A stretch of DNA of 63,687 nucleotides, the filler included, from Octopus bimaculoides (taxonomy: Eukaryota): NCBI RefSeq assembly GCF_001194135.2. It is 10 parts of 10 records of this genome, joined end to end, with 100 filler letters (N's around TTAATTAATTAA, not from the genome) between each part and the next. Parts side by side here need not be neighbours in the genome. Positions count along the whole stretch, not along the records: positions 61,995 to 63,687 come from NW_026319026.1; 9 more parts are not named here. The stretch is one strand, 5' to 3'. The notes below the pieces were generated by a model. That model had not been told where the DNA came from and did no database searches. It saw only the letters and a list, made by a program, of their open reading frames with translations. This document shows positions 63,231-63,687 of this stretch, one piece after another. A program made the translations under genes and the position numbers. How positions within the stretch are numbered: position 1 is the first letter of the stretch; the number at the start of each line of letters is the position of its first letter.

Positions 63231-63687
63231 AATATAAAATTCTTATGTGGTATACATCAGAAACTGAAATAATTTTTTGATTAATTGGATGTGTCAATAA
63301 AGTCCTATTTAGTGGTATAAAAATTACTTTATTTAATTGTACAAGTGTTTGTATTTAAATTGAGATTTGAAGGTTGAGCAGGATCATTGCTTGAAAAGCA
63401 AAATATTGTTCTGAAAGAGATTTTGATAACAAAACAGAAATGTTCAATGAACCATTCGACAAACAAATTCAGTTAAACTAAAACTAAGAGAATTTCTTAT
63501 AACAGGCAAACTCAATATGGATTTACCTTTCATTGCTCTTGGAACATCAGAATGGATAAATAAGTAATGACTTGAATTTTAATCCTCCAATAAATTTACT
63601 TCTATGTTTACTTCTACAAATATATATGATAAACTTTCTTTGTTTTACATTTTGGTACCTTCATCTTTTAAAACTCCTATGGGATGA

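Overview
AT-rich eukaryotic, essentially non-coding DNA. About 13% of the window is N (hand estimate), including nine identical 100-bp N44-TTAATTAATTAA-N44 gap markers. The very high density of (TA)n/(CA)n/(CATA)n/(GATA)n microsatellites and the interspersed-repeat families match what I recall of Octopus (probably O. bimaculoides); this assignment is inference, not a database result. I recognise no intact host gene, tRNA gene, rRNA or CRISPR array, and almost all ORFs in the supplied track are microsatellite or N read-through artefacts. The window contains: (i) about 40 copies or fragments of tRNA-headed SINE families (here F1, F2, F3, plus one V-SINE-like copy); (ii) decayed RTE and R4/Dong-like LINE fragments; (iii) three mariner remnants, Tigger/pogo remnants and several TA-flanked MITEs; (iv) a probable LTR; (v) Penelope-like repeats. 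The best novelty candidate is a ~215-bp dispersed repeat (F4, three copies) whose minus strand folds into a minimal type-I hammerhead ribozyme with a compensatory G3:C8 core swap (GUGANCA instead of CUGANGA). Other main observations: a ~13-27.5 kb block in which repeat copies have lost most CpGs (a fossil methylation domain), a head-to-head SINE hairpin with a 50-bp apparent conversion tract, a chimeric SINE dimer inside a single TSD, and a candidate coding exon cut by a gap at 32.7-32.9 kb.
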